Shown here: positions 29,252-43,164 of the stretch, one piece after another
Layout of the letters: every line of letters begins with the position of its first letter
How positions within the stretch are numbered: the first letter of the stretch is position 1
NCBI GenBank assembly: GCA_964016885.1
Contig: OZ024753.1
Location: forward strand, 21,514,001 to 21,578,000
DNA: 64,000 bases
DNA from: Eledone cirrhosa
Lineage: Eukaryota
Reading direction: 5' to 3'
Notes under the pieces: generated by a model
What the model saw: the letters and a program-made list of their open reading frames with translations, nothing else
Databases searched by the model: none
Told to the model about the DNA's origin: nothing
Position numbers and translations under genes: made by a program

Positions 29252-29505
29252 GTTGGAATGTGGCCTAGTGGTAAGGGTGTTGGGCTTACAATGATAATGT
29301 CATGGGTTTGATTGCTGGACTGGGTTGTGTGTTGTGTTCTTGAGCAAAGCACTTCATTTTTAGTTGCTCCAGTATACTCAGCTGAAAATGAGTACCAGTA
29401 ATAGCTGGGGCCGTAACACTGTGATGGACTGGTGTCCTGTCGAGGGAGAGTCTTATGCACCCAGTTGCATGTTGCCATGGTAACTGAGATAAGCACCGGT
29501 CTGAT
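29252..29505 (+). mobile_element. tRNA-derived SINE with CORE-like body
   Basis: A-box-like TGGCCTAGTGG, degenerate B box, then GTGTTCTTGAGCAAAGCACTT. Related copies at ~34600-34810(-), ~44500-44590(-) and ~60502-60615(+). Confidence 0.7.
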
Positions 29506-29689
29506 GAGACTTTACACTAGACTCAATTTTGTCAAAGAGGGGAGGGGGGGTCATTAATTTGATAATGGCTTTAATTTTGTCAAAGAGTGGGACTGTCATT
29601 ATATTAATTAATTATTCTCGTTGAATCTAATGAATCAACTTGTTACAATGCAGCACTGATCTTGGAACAAAAGTACCTTCATTTTACAC

Positions 29690-32600
29690 AGATACACATA
29701 CTTACAGTCACACACACTCACACAGGCATGCAGGCACACTCACACACCCACACATGCAGAGATACACACACACACTAACCCACGCAGACACTGACATGCA
29801 GATACACACACACACTAATACATGCTGACACACACACTCATACTAATACATGCTGACACACACACTCATGCTAATACATGCTGAGACACACACTCACACA
29901 TGCAGACAAACACACACTCACACATGCAGACAAACACATACTCACACATGCAGACAAACACACACTCACATATGCAAACAAACACACACTCACACAAGCA
30001 GACAAACACATACTCACACATGCAGACAAACACATACTCACACATGCAGACAAACACATACTCACACATGCAGACAAACACACACTCACACATGCAGACA
30101 AACACATACTCACACATGCAGACAAACACATACTCACACATGCAGACAAACACACACTCACACATGCAGACAAACACACACTCACACATGCAGACAAACA
30201 CACACTCACACATGCAGACAAACACACACTCACATTTGCAGACAAACACACACTCACACATGCAGACAAACACACACTCACACATGCAGACAAACACACA
30301 CTCACACATGCAGACAAACACACACTCACATTTGCAGACAAACACACACTCGCACATACAGACAAACACATACTCACACATGCAGACAAACACATACTCA
30401 CACATGCAGACAAACACACACTCACATATGCAGACCAACACACACTCACACATGCAGACAAACACACACTCACATATGCAGACAAACACACACTCACACA
30501 TGCAGACAAACACACACTCACATATGCAGACAAACACACACTCACACATGCAGACAAACACATACTCAAACATGCAGACAAACACACACTCACACATGCA
30601 GACAAACACATACTCACACATGCAGACAAACACATACTCACACATGCAGACAAACACAGACTCACACATGCAGACAAACACATACTCACACATGCAGACA
30701 AACACACACTCACACATGCAGACAAACACATACTCACACATGCAGACAAACACACACTCACATATGCAGACAAACACACACTCACATATGCAGACAAACA
30801 CACACTCACACATGCAGACAAACACACACTCACAGATGCAGACAAACACATACTCACACATGCAGACAAACACACACTCACACATGCAGAAAAACACATA
30901 CTCACACATGCAGACAAACACATACTCACACATGCAGACAAACACAGACTCACACATGCAGACAAACACATACTCACACATGCAGACAAACACACACTCA
31001 CACATGCAGACAAACACATACTCACACATGCAGACAAACACATACTCACACATGCAGACAAACACAGACTCACACATGCAGACAAACACATACTCACACA
31101 TGCAGACAAACACACACTCACACATGCAGACAAACACACACTCACAGATGCAGACAAACACATACTCACATATGCAGACAAACACACACTCACACATGCA
31201 GACAAACACACACTCACAGATGCAGACAAACACATACTCACACATGCAGACAAACACACACTCACACATGCAGAAAAACACATACTCACACATGCAGACA
31301 AACACACACTCACACATGTAGACAAACACACACTCACATATGCAGACCAACACACACTCACACATGCAGACAAACACACACTCACATATGCAGACAAACA
31401 CACACTCACACATGCAGACAAACACACACTCACATATGCAGACAAACACACACTCACACATGCAGACAAACACATACTCACACATGCAGACAAACACACA
31501 CTCACACATGCAGACAAACACATACTCACACATGCAGACAAACACATACTCACACATGCAGACAAACACACACTCACACATGCAGACAAACACATACTCA
31601 CACATGCAGACAAACACACACTCACACATGCAGACAAACACACACTCACACATGCAGACAAACACACACTCACACATGCAGACAAACACACACTCACATT
31701 TGCAGACAAACACACACTCACACATGCAGACAAACACACACTCACACATGCAGACAAACACACACTCACACATGCAGACAAACACACACTCACATATGCA
31801 GACAAACACACACTCACACATGCAGACAAACACACACTCACATATGCAGACAAACACACACTCACACATGCAGACAAACACATACTCACACATGCAGACA
31901 AACACACACTCACACATGCAGACAAACACATACTCACACATGCAGACAAACACATACTCACACATGCAGACAAACACAGACTCACACATGCAGACAAACA
32001 CATACTCACACATGCAGACAAACACACACTCACACATGCAGACAAACACATACTCACACATGCAGACAAACACACACTCACATATGCAGACAAACACACA
32101 CTCACATATGCAGACAAACACACACTCACACATGCAGACAAACACACACTCACAGATGCAGACAAACACATACTCACACATGCAGACAAACACACACTCA
32201 CACATGCAGAAAAACACATACTCACACATGCAGACAAACACACACTCACACATGCAGACAAACACACACTCACATATGCAGACCAACACACACTCACACA
32301 TGCAGACAAACACACACTCACATATGCAGACAAACACACACTCACACATGCAGACAAACACACACTCACATATGCAGACAAACACACACTCACACATGCA
32401 GACAAACACATACTCACACATGCAGACAAACACACACTCACACATGCAGACAAACACATACTCACACATGCAGACAAACACATACTCACACATGCAGACA
32501 AACACACACTCACACATGCAGACAAACACATACTCACACATGCAGACAAACACACACTCACACATGCAGACAAACACATACTCACACATGCAGACAAACA

Positions 32601-32948
32601 CACACTCACATATGCAGACAAACACACACTCACATATGCAGACAAACACACACTCACACATGCAGACATACACACACTCACAGATGCAGACAAACACATA
32701 CTCACACATGCAGACAAACACACACTCACACATGCAGAAAAACACATACTCACACATGCAGACAAACACACACTCACACATGCAGACAAACACATACTCA
32801 CACATGCAGACAAACACACACTCACACATGCAGACAAACACACACTCACATATGCAGACAAACACATACTCACACATGCAGACAAACACATACTCACACA
32901 TGCAGACAAACACATACTCACACATGCAGACAAACACACACACACACA
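29690..32948. repeat. 24-bp CA-rich minisatellite (CACACATGCAGACAAACACAYACT)n with a degenerate CA-rich lead-in
   Basis: Regular from ~29890. Unit length is a multiple of 3 and lacks stops in most frames, which explains the ~1000-aa ORFs. Confidence 0.98.
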
Positions 32949-33292
32949 ATTTTATCAATAGCCCACTGTTGTTTACATTCATTTATTCTTTATCCTAAAA
33001 AAACTCTCCATTTAAAACATGTTCCTCTCAGCCAAATCTTTTCCCGCACCTTCCGTTATAAATTATTGAAAGACTAAAGTTAATCTGATCAATGATCCAA
33101 TTGATGGAATTCAATAAAAAACAAAAGGCTTGGATGTCAGTTCCATAAAGATAGAATTCTAAAGAGGAAAAAACAAATCAATGTTCTATAAAATGATTAG
33201 TTCTAATTGATAGGAAGTAAGACACGGTATGGGTATTGGAATAATTAAAGTGTCACAGATATATTTAATTGTGGGCAGCAATGTATTGACAT

Positions 33293-33650
33293 ATCATCAT
33301 CATCATCAGCATCATTGCCATTTAATGTCTGCTTTCCCTGCTAGCAATGGTGGGATCGGTTAATAACAAAACTGTGTGGGCTGAATAATTGTGGAGTAGG
33401 TATTAAAGATAGTGATATATAGAGATGGGATTTACAAGCTTAACTTTGTATTTTTCAGAATATATATCATCGTCTAACGTCTATCTTCCACGCTAGAATA
33501 GGTTAGACAGGTTTGTCCCAATTTGAGGCAAGTTGGGTCGAGTAACTGTGTCTTGCTCATATAGGACTGTTTCTGGCTAGTTTTCTACAGTTGGATGCCC
33601 TTCCTAGTGCTAACAACATTTACAGTGTGTGATGGATGCTTTTTGCCCCC
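33293..33650 (-). mobile_element. Two decayed RTE 3'-tail fragments
   Basis: (CAT)n plus TTTAATGTC/CTAACGTC, and TTTCTACAGTTGGATGCCCTTCCTA, matching the RTE 3' UTR at 44634-45020. Confidence 0.7.
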
Positions 33651-33804
33651 AGCCCACACTATAGAGTGGTCATGATATATATAAAGAAAGTAATGTCCCA
33701 CACAGGTAAAAATATTGGGAAAAGAATTTGAAAATGCAACTGGAGTCTTTTAAGAAACACAAATCCTCCATCTCAGTCAGACTCTACATTTGGCACAACA
33801 GCAA

Positions 33805-33902
33805 CAATTTGGGGGATGAGGAAAGTCAACCAAATCAACCCCAGTATTTAACTGGTACTATATTTTATCAACCCTCAAAGGAAGAAAGGCAAAGTTGACC
33901 CA
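33805..33902 (-). mobile_element. Truncated copy of the abundant tRNA-SINE family
   Basis: ACTGGTACTATATTTTATCAACC...GAAAGGCAAAGTTGACC core shared with the other copies. Confidence 0.7.
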
Positions 33903-34296
33903 ATAATAATATATAGTTATCAGAGAAAGTAGTCAATGATGATGATGATATGATTCCATGTCTATTAAACTAACATCTCAGATTACTTAGTTTATCCAGT
34001 AATTAGCAATATTTTAGTTTTATGCATTCATCTAATATTTCCTTGTCTATCATTATTATGAATTCCATGTATTGTTTTATAATTATTTTGTTTTCTAACA
34101 GTTTAAAACAAAAATGCTTTAAAATCTAAATCTGAAATGAGTTGTCGTTAATGAAATTTGAATTTTTCAGGCTATTAACCTCTTCTTTATGGGAGAAATT
34201 ACACCTACAGTATATCAGTATTCTACTGGCTAAACATGTTTTTATTCTTATTTTGGAAATAAAGCCCCTTCTGGTTTGAATCCTTTAAAAAATAAT

Positions 34297-34476
34297 TGTT
34301 TCTACTTTTGGCACAAGGCCAGCAATTACCCAGTGCATTACTGGTACTTTATTTTATCGACCCCGTAAGGATGAAAGGCAAAGTCAACCTCGGCGGGATT
34401 TGAACTCAGATCGTAAAGGGACGTAACTATGCTGGAAAGCATGGCGTCCGACCCTCTACCGATACTGCCAATCCAC
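34297..34476 (-). mobile_element. Full-length tRNA-derived SINE with an 18-bp TSD
   Basis: B box GAGTTCAAATCC on the minus strand; core GACTTTGCCTTTCATCC...GGTCGATAAAATAAAGTACC. TSD AATCCTTTAAAAAATAAT at 34279-34296 and 34477-34494. Confidence 0.9.
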
Positions 34477-36700
34477 AATCCTTTAAAAAATAATGAAAAA
34501 ATAATAATAATCTTCGTCATTATCTTCACTTTATATCTGTTTTTCTATACTGGCATGGGTTGGGTGAGTCATTACAGAACCAATCTAAAGTCTGTCTCAT
34601 CAAGTCAGTGCTTATCTCGCTTTCTGTGGTGTTAAGTGACTGTGAGTACAAGACTTCCCCTGGACAGGATGCCAGTTCATCACAGGGTTAAACCTCCAGC
34701 TACTGTTGCTACTTCATTATCAGCTGAGTATACTGGAGCAATGTGTAATGAAAAAGAATACAACACACAACCCAGTCCAGGAATTGAACCCACAATAGCC
34801 TTACCATTAGACCATCACCTCCACATTACAGATCAAGTCAGTTCTTAATCAGAGCTATTATCTTCCTAGACACGATGGGGAACACATCTTGCTCACATAC
34901 ATTCTGACATGGTTTCTATAGCTGGATGCTCTTCCTAATGTCAACCACTTTACACAGTCTTCTTGGTACATTTCATTGTAGCACCAGTACTATGTATCAA
35001 GAAATATAACACAGATGATCCCCCTCCTCCTCATCACCACCACCATCTCAACATTGTAATATTCTGATATCTCCAGCATCATGAGATCACCTTTTGACAC
35101 TTCTTCCCCCTGTCATCCTTGGTCTTCTTCTATCACAGTTTCCATTCACTTTAAATGTTCTCCATTTTTTTATACAGTTGTCATCCTACATGTTCATCAC
35201 ATACACCAGTGCTGCAGTCTCTAGCATATCACATCTCATTCCTCTTTTATCTCATCTCATTTCTACTTTGCCCTATATTATCTACCCTAACATTACACAT
35301 CCAGTGGAGCAGGCTTGCTTTATTTCTTACCAGCCTTTGCATGTCCTCTATATTCAATGTCAATACATTAGCTTCTTCCTGAAGGCCATTTGTCATCTGA
35401 AATGTTCATAAACCAAAACTATTTTCCCCATACAAAATGTTGTGAGAGACTATGAAAGACAGATAGAAATTACCATAGTAACTAACTACACAGCAAGCAG
35501 CACTTTCCTGATACCAACCATTCCAGCTTGTTGCCAACCATTGTTGCCGGCTTGACTGTTAATTACTCAAGACACTGTTCATCAGCTAAGTTGTTTTGTA
35601 TTTGGAAAAATTGTTTGTGAACCGATTGTTTCATGATGAGAGGCATTTGTGAAGCGAGGTTCCACTGAATATTTCTAACATATATTATTGTATTATCACA
35701 CATCCTACATAAGCATCTTATTTTTACTCATTTGTTCAAAGAGACAATTTCTTTGTTGTCAGCATAGGTAATAGCTCCCTGAACGTTTTACTAAGAATAC
35801 CTGGACCAACCAGATTACAACATTAATCCCCCCCCCCCCCCGAATATTCAAGAGGACAGCATTCTTGTGAACAGTTATATATAGTAGACTTGATCCTCCT
35901 GTTCTTAATCTAGTTACTATAGTTACAGATCACTCCCTCCACTAGTAATTAAGTCAGGTAACAGAAGAAGCCATCAAATACCTCTGTGGAGTTTTCTGAG
36001 CATTAGAAATAATGTATTTTACTGGTGCTCTCATTACTAACTAGGTGCATACATCTATCTGACTTATCCAAAGACTCGTTTCCTTGTCAACCTGCCAGTG
36101 ACCCCACTAAATCTCTTTACATTGAGTATTTGAATATATTGTAGTATGTAATCTCTACCAATTCCTTTCCTCTATATTGACAAAAAGCTTTAAATATTTT
36201 TTCGAAATGTCTATAAAAATGATGTTAATAGTATGAACATTAAAGAAAAGGTTTCTCTAGAGATAAATATGTATATGAACATACACAAATCAATACTATT
36301 AAAACAGCTGATAAATAATATCAACACAACTATATCAATACACTTTATGTATGAAATGTTAGTATCTGGTGGTGATGGTGGTTGCTGTGGACGAAAGAAC
36401 ACTTTATCATATTATGAGGTTAAGCTTCAATTCTAAGAAAGCTTGTTGTGATTTATTTATTCATCATCATCATCATCATTTTATGTCTGCCTTTTTTTTT
36501 GTTGCCGGCATGGGTTTGATGGGTTGTTGCAGTTTGAGACCAGATGGAGGCATCATTTCCCCGCCAGAATGTTACTGCATACTATGGTACCTGTCACATG
36601 TTGCTCTAATCATTTGATTGACTTAAACAACAAAAGCCAGACAAATGTATTGAAGAAGTTCCTCTATTTTGTGTTTTATTATTGTTTATTTCTTTACCAG

Positions 36701-37223
36701 GTTACCAGTCACAGCAATATACCGTTACCTCTACCTCATATAAAACATGTTAATGTACCAAAATATGGAGAATTTACAGCTATTTCTAGATCTTCCCAAT
36801 ATAAACCAACATCCATTCCTGGAATGAAACCAGCCTCTTCTCCAATGTTACTCCCCAAATCTCCTGCTCCTGTACCAAGACCGTTATGGGTTGTATCTTC
36901 CACCTCTAAATCTCCATTTCAAGAGATGTCACAGCCCTTAACAGTACCTGCTAGAAATCTACAGCTGCAAAGACCCATGCCTACTTTCTCCCTATCTACT
37001 TCTTCAATGGATAATTTGGAAAAGGCTGCACTACCTATAGCATCCCTTGCCACTCCTAATCCTCCTTCAATGTCAGAGAAACAACATTTTCAAATGCAAG
37101 CACCGACAACACCCTCATTTTGTCCTTCACCAAGTATAAAAAGTGTTCCAATACAGAAAATGACTTCACCTATGCCACCAAATTTAGAAAACCTTCAACA
37201 AGCTTCAGAACTTAATCAAACTG
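36701..37223 (+). CDS. Internal coding exon of an unidentified host gene (Pro/Ser-rich, probably disordered)
   Basis: Pyrimidine tract plus TTACCAG acceptor, 174 open codons (VTSHSNIPLPLPHIK...SELNQT), G|GTAAAA donor in phase 1. Confidence 0.8.
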
Positions 37224-37433
37224 GTAAAAATGGATTTATTTGTTCAATTTTGTTGCTTCATCTTTTCATGGCTTTTTTTAATCATGGAATACACTCTACT
37301 TCAATTATTGCATTTGCTGGCCTATTGGACGCACTTTAAGAAGAAAAAAAACATTAAAAAACCTTCCCTGTGTTCAATATGTCCTTGTTACTGATCGGCG
37401 GCCAAACGGAGGGTGAGGACAATCAGGGTTAAA

Positions 37434-37735
37434 ACAATTTAGTCTGTATTACTATTAGTATTACTAATACAGTATTACAATACAATTTAGTCTGAATTAT
37501 TATTAGTATTACTAATACATTAATACAATACAATTTAGTCTGTATTACTATTAGTATTACTAAAATCCCGCCGAGGTTAACTTTGCCTTTCATCCTTACA
37601 GGGTCGATAAAATAAAGTACCAGTAATGTACTGGGTAATTGCTGGCCTTGTGCCAAAAAGTAGAAACAAGTATTACTAATACAGTAATACAATACAATTT
37701 AGTCTGAAATACTATTATACTAATACAGTAGTACA
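37434..37735. repeat. ~48-bp AT-rich tandem repeat interrupted by a 5'-truncated SINE (~37564-37669, +)
   Basis: ACAATTTAGTCTGWATTAYTATTAGTATTACTAA units on both sides; AGTATTACTAA flanks both ends of the SINE. Confidence 0.8.
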
Positions 37736-38149
37736 GTTTATATAAGTAAAATGATGTCAAACTTATATAAGTTTTGGAGAAAAAATGAAATAATTTTAAA
37801 GAATTTTATGTAGAAATGTACTAAAACTCCTTTTTTCCTCAAAATATCCTTGTAAAACCAGGGGACATCTTATATGAAGGGCCATTCAATAGGCCAGTAA
37901 GTACAATAATTAATGAAGAATTTGAAAGGACCAACTAAAATTGTCATATTATTTATTTCATTACTATGATAATTATTTAACATATGACTCATATAATATT
38001 ATCTTGGTAGATTTTAATCTAAATAGGAAGCCTTTAAAATGGAGGATTTTGTTTCATAAAACCAGAGCTAGATTTGGTCAGGTTGGCAATAAAAGGGTTA
38101 AATTTTACTTGATAATTTCTTGAATTGTTATACAAGTTGTCTTAATTTG

Positions 38150-38850
38150 TAGAAAATAGTATTTTATTTGAAGGCTACTATGAATTGGACAGTGAATGTT
38201 AAAAATATGATGTTATCTTGCTATTTTAGGCCTCTATATTTTGGGATAAAATCCCTTCATCAAAGGATAGAAAATAGTAGTTTGGGGCTGTATATTTTTT
38301 GTTGTTCTTACAAGGGTCAGCTGGAAAGTTCATAGGCTAACCAAGATACTCTCATGGAATGACCAAATGAGGATTATTTTTCAACTTAGTCCTTAAAAAG
38401 AAACAATGCAGTTGAAATTAATGCATGCAATATTTCACAGTTCTAGCATCATTCCTTTATAGTCAGCATATGAACTTTTCAGCCTACCCTTCTATATCAT
38501 TGCATAGCTTAGCTCACATACTAAATGATCTATTCATCATTTCCAGTGTCGATTGGAAAAAAAAGCCATCACTTTTAAATTTAAAAAATGTCAGCTTAAG
38601 AGCAACAAAAAATATACATTCCTGAACTAATTTCTTTTATTAATGTTTTGATGAAGGATTTTATCCAAAAATATAAGGACCTACAAAATAACTGTGAGGT
38701 CACATTCCAACTTGATTTTGTTATGTTTTTAACCATCACAGTCCAATTGTGTAGTCTATTATGGTAGTCTGCAAGTATTTTGTCATATTTTTAACCTTCA
38801 TGGTCCAATTCACATTATGCTAGTCTGCAAGTATTTCTCTAATTTCTATT
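38150..38850. mobile_element. Old fold-back/MITE-like element with long imperfect inverted arms
   Basis: GAATTGGACAGTGAATGTTAAAAATATGA and GGATAAAATCCCTTCATCAAA on the left are inverted at ~38645-38815. Boundaries are approximate. Confidence 0.6.
38309..38494. mobile_element. Mariner-derived MITE nested in the fold-back; second copy at ~39551-39734
   Basis: TA-flanked TIRs CAAGGGTCAGCTGGAAAGTTCATAG and TATGAACTTTTCAGCCTACCCT; the body is shared with the second copy. Confidence 0.8.
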
Positions 38851-38924
38851 TTTCCACATAAATATTTCAAATGATATAGAGGAAATTTTAAAATATTAAT
38901 AATTGAACTTGTTTTTTCACTCAG

Positions 38925-39097
38925 GAGAAACTACTTTGAACAGCTCAAACAACAACATCAACAATGATGATTTTCAAGAGAATCTCTTTGATTACAATGA
39001 ACATCAAAGGATGTTGAAGAAACTCCATTCATCCCCAGGCATACCTGTTATGTCTACCAGACCGATGTTTCTCCAATCAGATAATGATAATGAACAG
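38925..39097 (+). CDS. Next coding exon of the same host gene
   Basis: TTTTTTCACTCAG acceptor. Phase-1 join G|GA gives Gly in frame with the previous exon. Encodes ETTLNSS...DNDNEQ; CAG|GTAAGG donor in phase 0. Confidence 0.85.
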
Positions 39098-39889
39098 GTA
39101 AGGAATAATACCGAGGTGTTTAATATTAATTTTAGTTTGATTATTATTTTTCAGTCCTCCACTTTTGTAATACAATATTATTGATTATCTGAAACTTAAC
39201 TTTGTCACCATCTCCTTCTTTCAATGATTTAAACCCAGAAGAATTAAAATACTCGGACTATAAGCTATCTAGAATGGTCTTTTACCATTTTAGCTTAATA
39301 TTTATTACATAGCAACAATACTATTTATATGAGGAATTGTTTTGATCATGATTTTCCAAAGTGTATTAGCAACTAAGGTTCATGAGATTTACCGGGAGTT
39401 AAACATCAGATATTGGACTTGTATGTACTCTTCCTTCTACTGTATAGTGGTTTTATCTGTGTAGCTAGAATGTAGTTGATATATAACAGCAGTGAAGTTG
39501 GCCCTGGAACATATATCTGGAATGTAGTTAATATGTGAAGCTAATATGTGAAGTTCATAAGCTGACCAAGATACTCTCATGGAATGAGCAAATAAGGTTT
39601 ATTTTTCAACATAGTCCCTAGAAAGACAAAATGCAGTTATTAATAAGAAGAGTTGAAATTAATACATGCAAGATTTCCCATCTCTAGCATCACTGCTTCA
39701 TAGTCAGCCTATGAACTTTTCAGCCCACCCTCATATAATAGTCGTGAAGTTGTCCCTGGAAACTATAGTGTTACATTGGCTACTATAACCTATTGGTTTA
39801 GTGTACTGAGCTGAGATCACAACGTAGTCAGCATTGCCTATCTAGGGTTGATAAAATAAGGGTTATTGTGATATTGGTATGATAGGGTG

Positions 39890-40180
39890 TGGTCCCGTAA
39901 CTCCTGAGATAGTTGTAGAGGCGCAGCATTGGCATACAGTGTTTCTTGAGTATTTTAAGCCTGGCAGAGCTCATCTCTGTCCAGGCCTGAGTACTCTATA
40001 TTTCTTCCAGAGAAGGATAGAAAGTGAGGGGAAGTGAGAAAGAGATATAGAGGAAGAATCAACCCCAGTACTTGACTGGTACTTTTGTTATCGACCTTGA
40101 ATGGATGAAAGGCAAAGTTAACATCAGCAGGATTTGAACTCAGTGAGTTCAGAGAGCATTCTATCAATTCACTGCCTAAA
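39890..40180 (-). mobile_element. SINE variant with a long 3' tail; siblings at ~57015-57290 and ~61735-62050
   Basis: Same SINE core plus a ~150-bp tail (CCCGTAACTCCT...CCAGGYCTGA on +) shared by three copies. Confidence 0.75.
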
Positions 40181-40804
40181 TGAGGTGTAATGGATGTCTG
40201 GTTGTATTGTGTTCTTAGATAAGTCACATAACTCTGGTTGTGTTCTTTGATAAGTTACATAACTCTGGTTGTGTTCTTAGATAAGTTACATGGAACTACT
40301 TAACTCTTTTCATACCTTGCTTAAAACTACTCCTGGTTCTAGCTGCTACCCGGGAGTTATGAGTTATGAGGTTTTCCATCATGGCAACCTCTCTTTCCAT
40401 CTTTAAGGGTCTTCACCTTATAAGCTATCTTATAGCATATCCATGCATCAGCACACCATTCTTTATATTAATTTATTGTGTTTATATTCATCTAAAAATC
40501 TTCCATCATAATTTTATGTAAGAATTGTTAAGTTATGCTCCAAATAAGCTGAATAATGAGACCATTTCTTGTATTACTATCTCCTGCCAAATTCTTAAAT
40601 ATTTTCAAAATTTATTTGAAAATCACAAACAGTGTTTTTTCATTAGAAATGTAAGTGTTTAGGTTGTCAAGGCAACAAATTCACTCCTAACTAGCCCCTC
40701 ATATGGAGTATTGTCTTCCAAATACATAACATCTCATAGATTCCATATTATGAGAGATAATTACGTGAGGTAAAGACTTTACCGTGAAAATAACATAGTA
40801 TATA

Positions 40805-41430
40805 TTAGTTGAATGGCCTGGCGTTGCTCGGGATTTGCTCTAGGGTTCTTATATATTTGATATATATTTATCCTTATCGAGCCTCGTGAAATAAATACGT
40901 TTGTTTATATTTTGTTATTGTGTATGCAAAAATATCTGTACAAGAATATATAATTATATATATACATATTGAAATATCAGATTAAAGTTTAAGCAAAGAA
41001 TCGCTGCTTTCACCCTTCTGAAACTAAAATGAAAAAATCAATCTGTGAACACAGAAGTAAATATTTTGAAAAACGTTACACACTATATATATATATATAT
41101 ATACACACACTATATATACATATATACACACACATACATATAGCGTCATAATGTCGTAATGCAGACAGCCAGACATACAGACAGATATTATAAGGGCGCA
41201 ATGTTATATCTATGTATCTATATAAAAAAAGAAAGACTAAGAATTATAGAGAGAGATCGCTAAATCGCCTAATGCGGTCCCTAGGGTATTGAAAATTTGA
41301 AATATTCTTTGCTCAAAACACTCACAAGACCATAAGTATTACATGTGTAAAGTTTGAAAACAATCGGTTGCGTAGTTCTCGAGTTTTAGGGAGTCAGACA
41401 GACAGACGTTCTCTATTTTAGATATATAGA
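40805..41430 (-). mobile_element. Non-autonomous Helitron-type element
   Basis: Minus strand begins A|TC, contains (CTGT)n near the 5' end, and ends with the GC-rich CCCGAGCAACGCCAGG followed by CTAA|T. This fits the TC...CTRR, AT-target pattern. Confidence 0.7.
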
Positions 41431-41785
41431 TAGTAAATATAGTGTGTATAGTAGTGTATATAATAGTGTATATAATAGTATATATAGTGTATATAATAGT
41501 ATATATAGTATATAGAGTGTATACAATAGTGTATATATAGTGTATATAGTGTATATAATAGTATATATAGTGTATATAATAGGGTATACAATAGTGTATA
41601 CAATAGTGTATATAATAGTATATATAGTGTATATAATAGTATATATAATAGTATATAAGTATACAATAGTGTATATAATAGTATATATAGTATATATAGT
41701 GTATATAGTGTATATAATAGTATATATAACAGTATATATAGTGTATATAGTATATACAATAGTGTATATAATAGTACATATAGAG
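41431..41785. repeat. Low-complexity (TAGTRTATATAA)-type repeat
   Basis: Seen directly; source of the Y/I/H-rich ORFs. Confidence 0.9.
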
Positions 41786-42697
41786 TAATGTAGATGCTAA
41801 AGGGTTAATTCAACTAAAACTGTTCTTTGTTTCCTCCTGAAAAGTAAATAATTGAAATTAGGAAATTTTAAAGAACAATTCAGCAGATATTTAAATTTAT
41901 TGACCAATCAAATCTATTTTACTTTGTAAAAACAAATAATGAAAAAATTAATTTTAAAACAAATCAATAGCTTATAAGAATATATAAAAAAGATTATTTG
42001 TTTAATTCCTTTCTCAAAGTTTAAATCCTATTGTTCCACTATAAAACAACAGAAATGGCAATAATGGTATATTTTATAGAGTCGGTTGCCATAGCACTTA
42101 GTATTTTATGGTTACTAAACATTATTAGTTTTGTTTGGTTTAATATCCATCAAAAAGTTGTAGACTTGTTAATAATAACTCAAATTATTGAAGCATTAAA
42201 ATTTCCTCATAAGTTATCATCACCATCACCACCATCATTCCTCCACCACCTGGTCCATCATCACCACTACCAACATCATTTTGTTGTCAGTACTCCTCCA
42301 CCTCTGATGTGTGTGACTAAAAATGTCAAAATAGTTGTTCTAGGTTAAACAGAGTAAATAAAAACTAATAAGAATTGTTAAATAATGTTATAAAGACCAT
42401 GTCGTTAAAGTTCAAAGTAATTAAGTCAGAGTAATAAGTGAAAATATTTTATTAGAAATAATGGTTAAAAGTGTTTAAATGTTCACAATATTTGTATTAT
42501 TTCACAGCCTTTGAAGAGAAATTTTATAAAAAACCTGAATAAATGATTATATATATATATTTCTGTGACATGACAGGCTGATTTATGTATATACTAGTAT
42601 GTGGCTGTTGTTTTACACAGGGAATATATAATATTAAGTTGTTTCACCAAATTATAACAAAGCTGTTTGTGGATTATATATACATACATACATAAAA

Positions 42698-42927
42698 CAC
42701 ACAGTCCACACTGTAAAGTAGTCGTGTAGGAGACAGTAAAAAGGCTCCCAGTCCACACTGTAAATCTGGTTGGCATTAGGAAGGGCATCCAGCCATAGAA
42801 ATCCTGCCAGAGACATTTCTGTACGAGTGAGACACCGTCTCCCGACCAATCCCACATCGAATGGAACAAAACCGTCTAACCCATGCTACCATGGAAGATG
42901 GACGTTAAACGATGATGATGATGATGA
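42698..42927 (+). mobile_element. RTE 3'-tail fragment ending in (GAT)n
   Basis: GGCATTAGGAAGGGCATCCAGCC...TGGACGTTAAAC(GAT)n. Confidence 0.85.
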
Positions 42928-43164
42928 TATATATATATATATATATATGATAATTTATTATACTAAAATTCTGGATGATACCTTACGGAGAAAATCCTAA
43001 GGAACAAAACCGAGGAACATCTGTTTAAGAATAAGCCAGCAAATTTTTGATCAACCAACTTTCTTCAACTGAATAATTATATATATCATCATCAAACAAA
43101 TGAACAGACAAATAAGTGGAAATTGTTAGAAAATGAGGAGTAAATATTATAGTTTCTTTAACTA

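Noticed and set aside
29252-29330. tRNA gene
   Set aside because: No intact cloverleaf; it continues into a SINE body repeated elsewhere in the window.
29495-29530. Hammerhead at CTGATGA
   Set aside because: No GAAA/UH completing the core; it is part of a SINE tail.
29850-33077. ~1000-aa repetitive proteins
   Set aside because: Open in most frames on both strands, a by-product of a stop-poor 24-bp unit.
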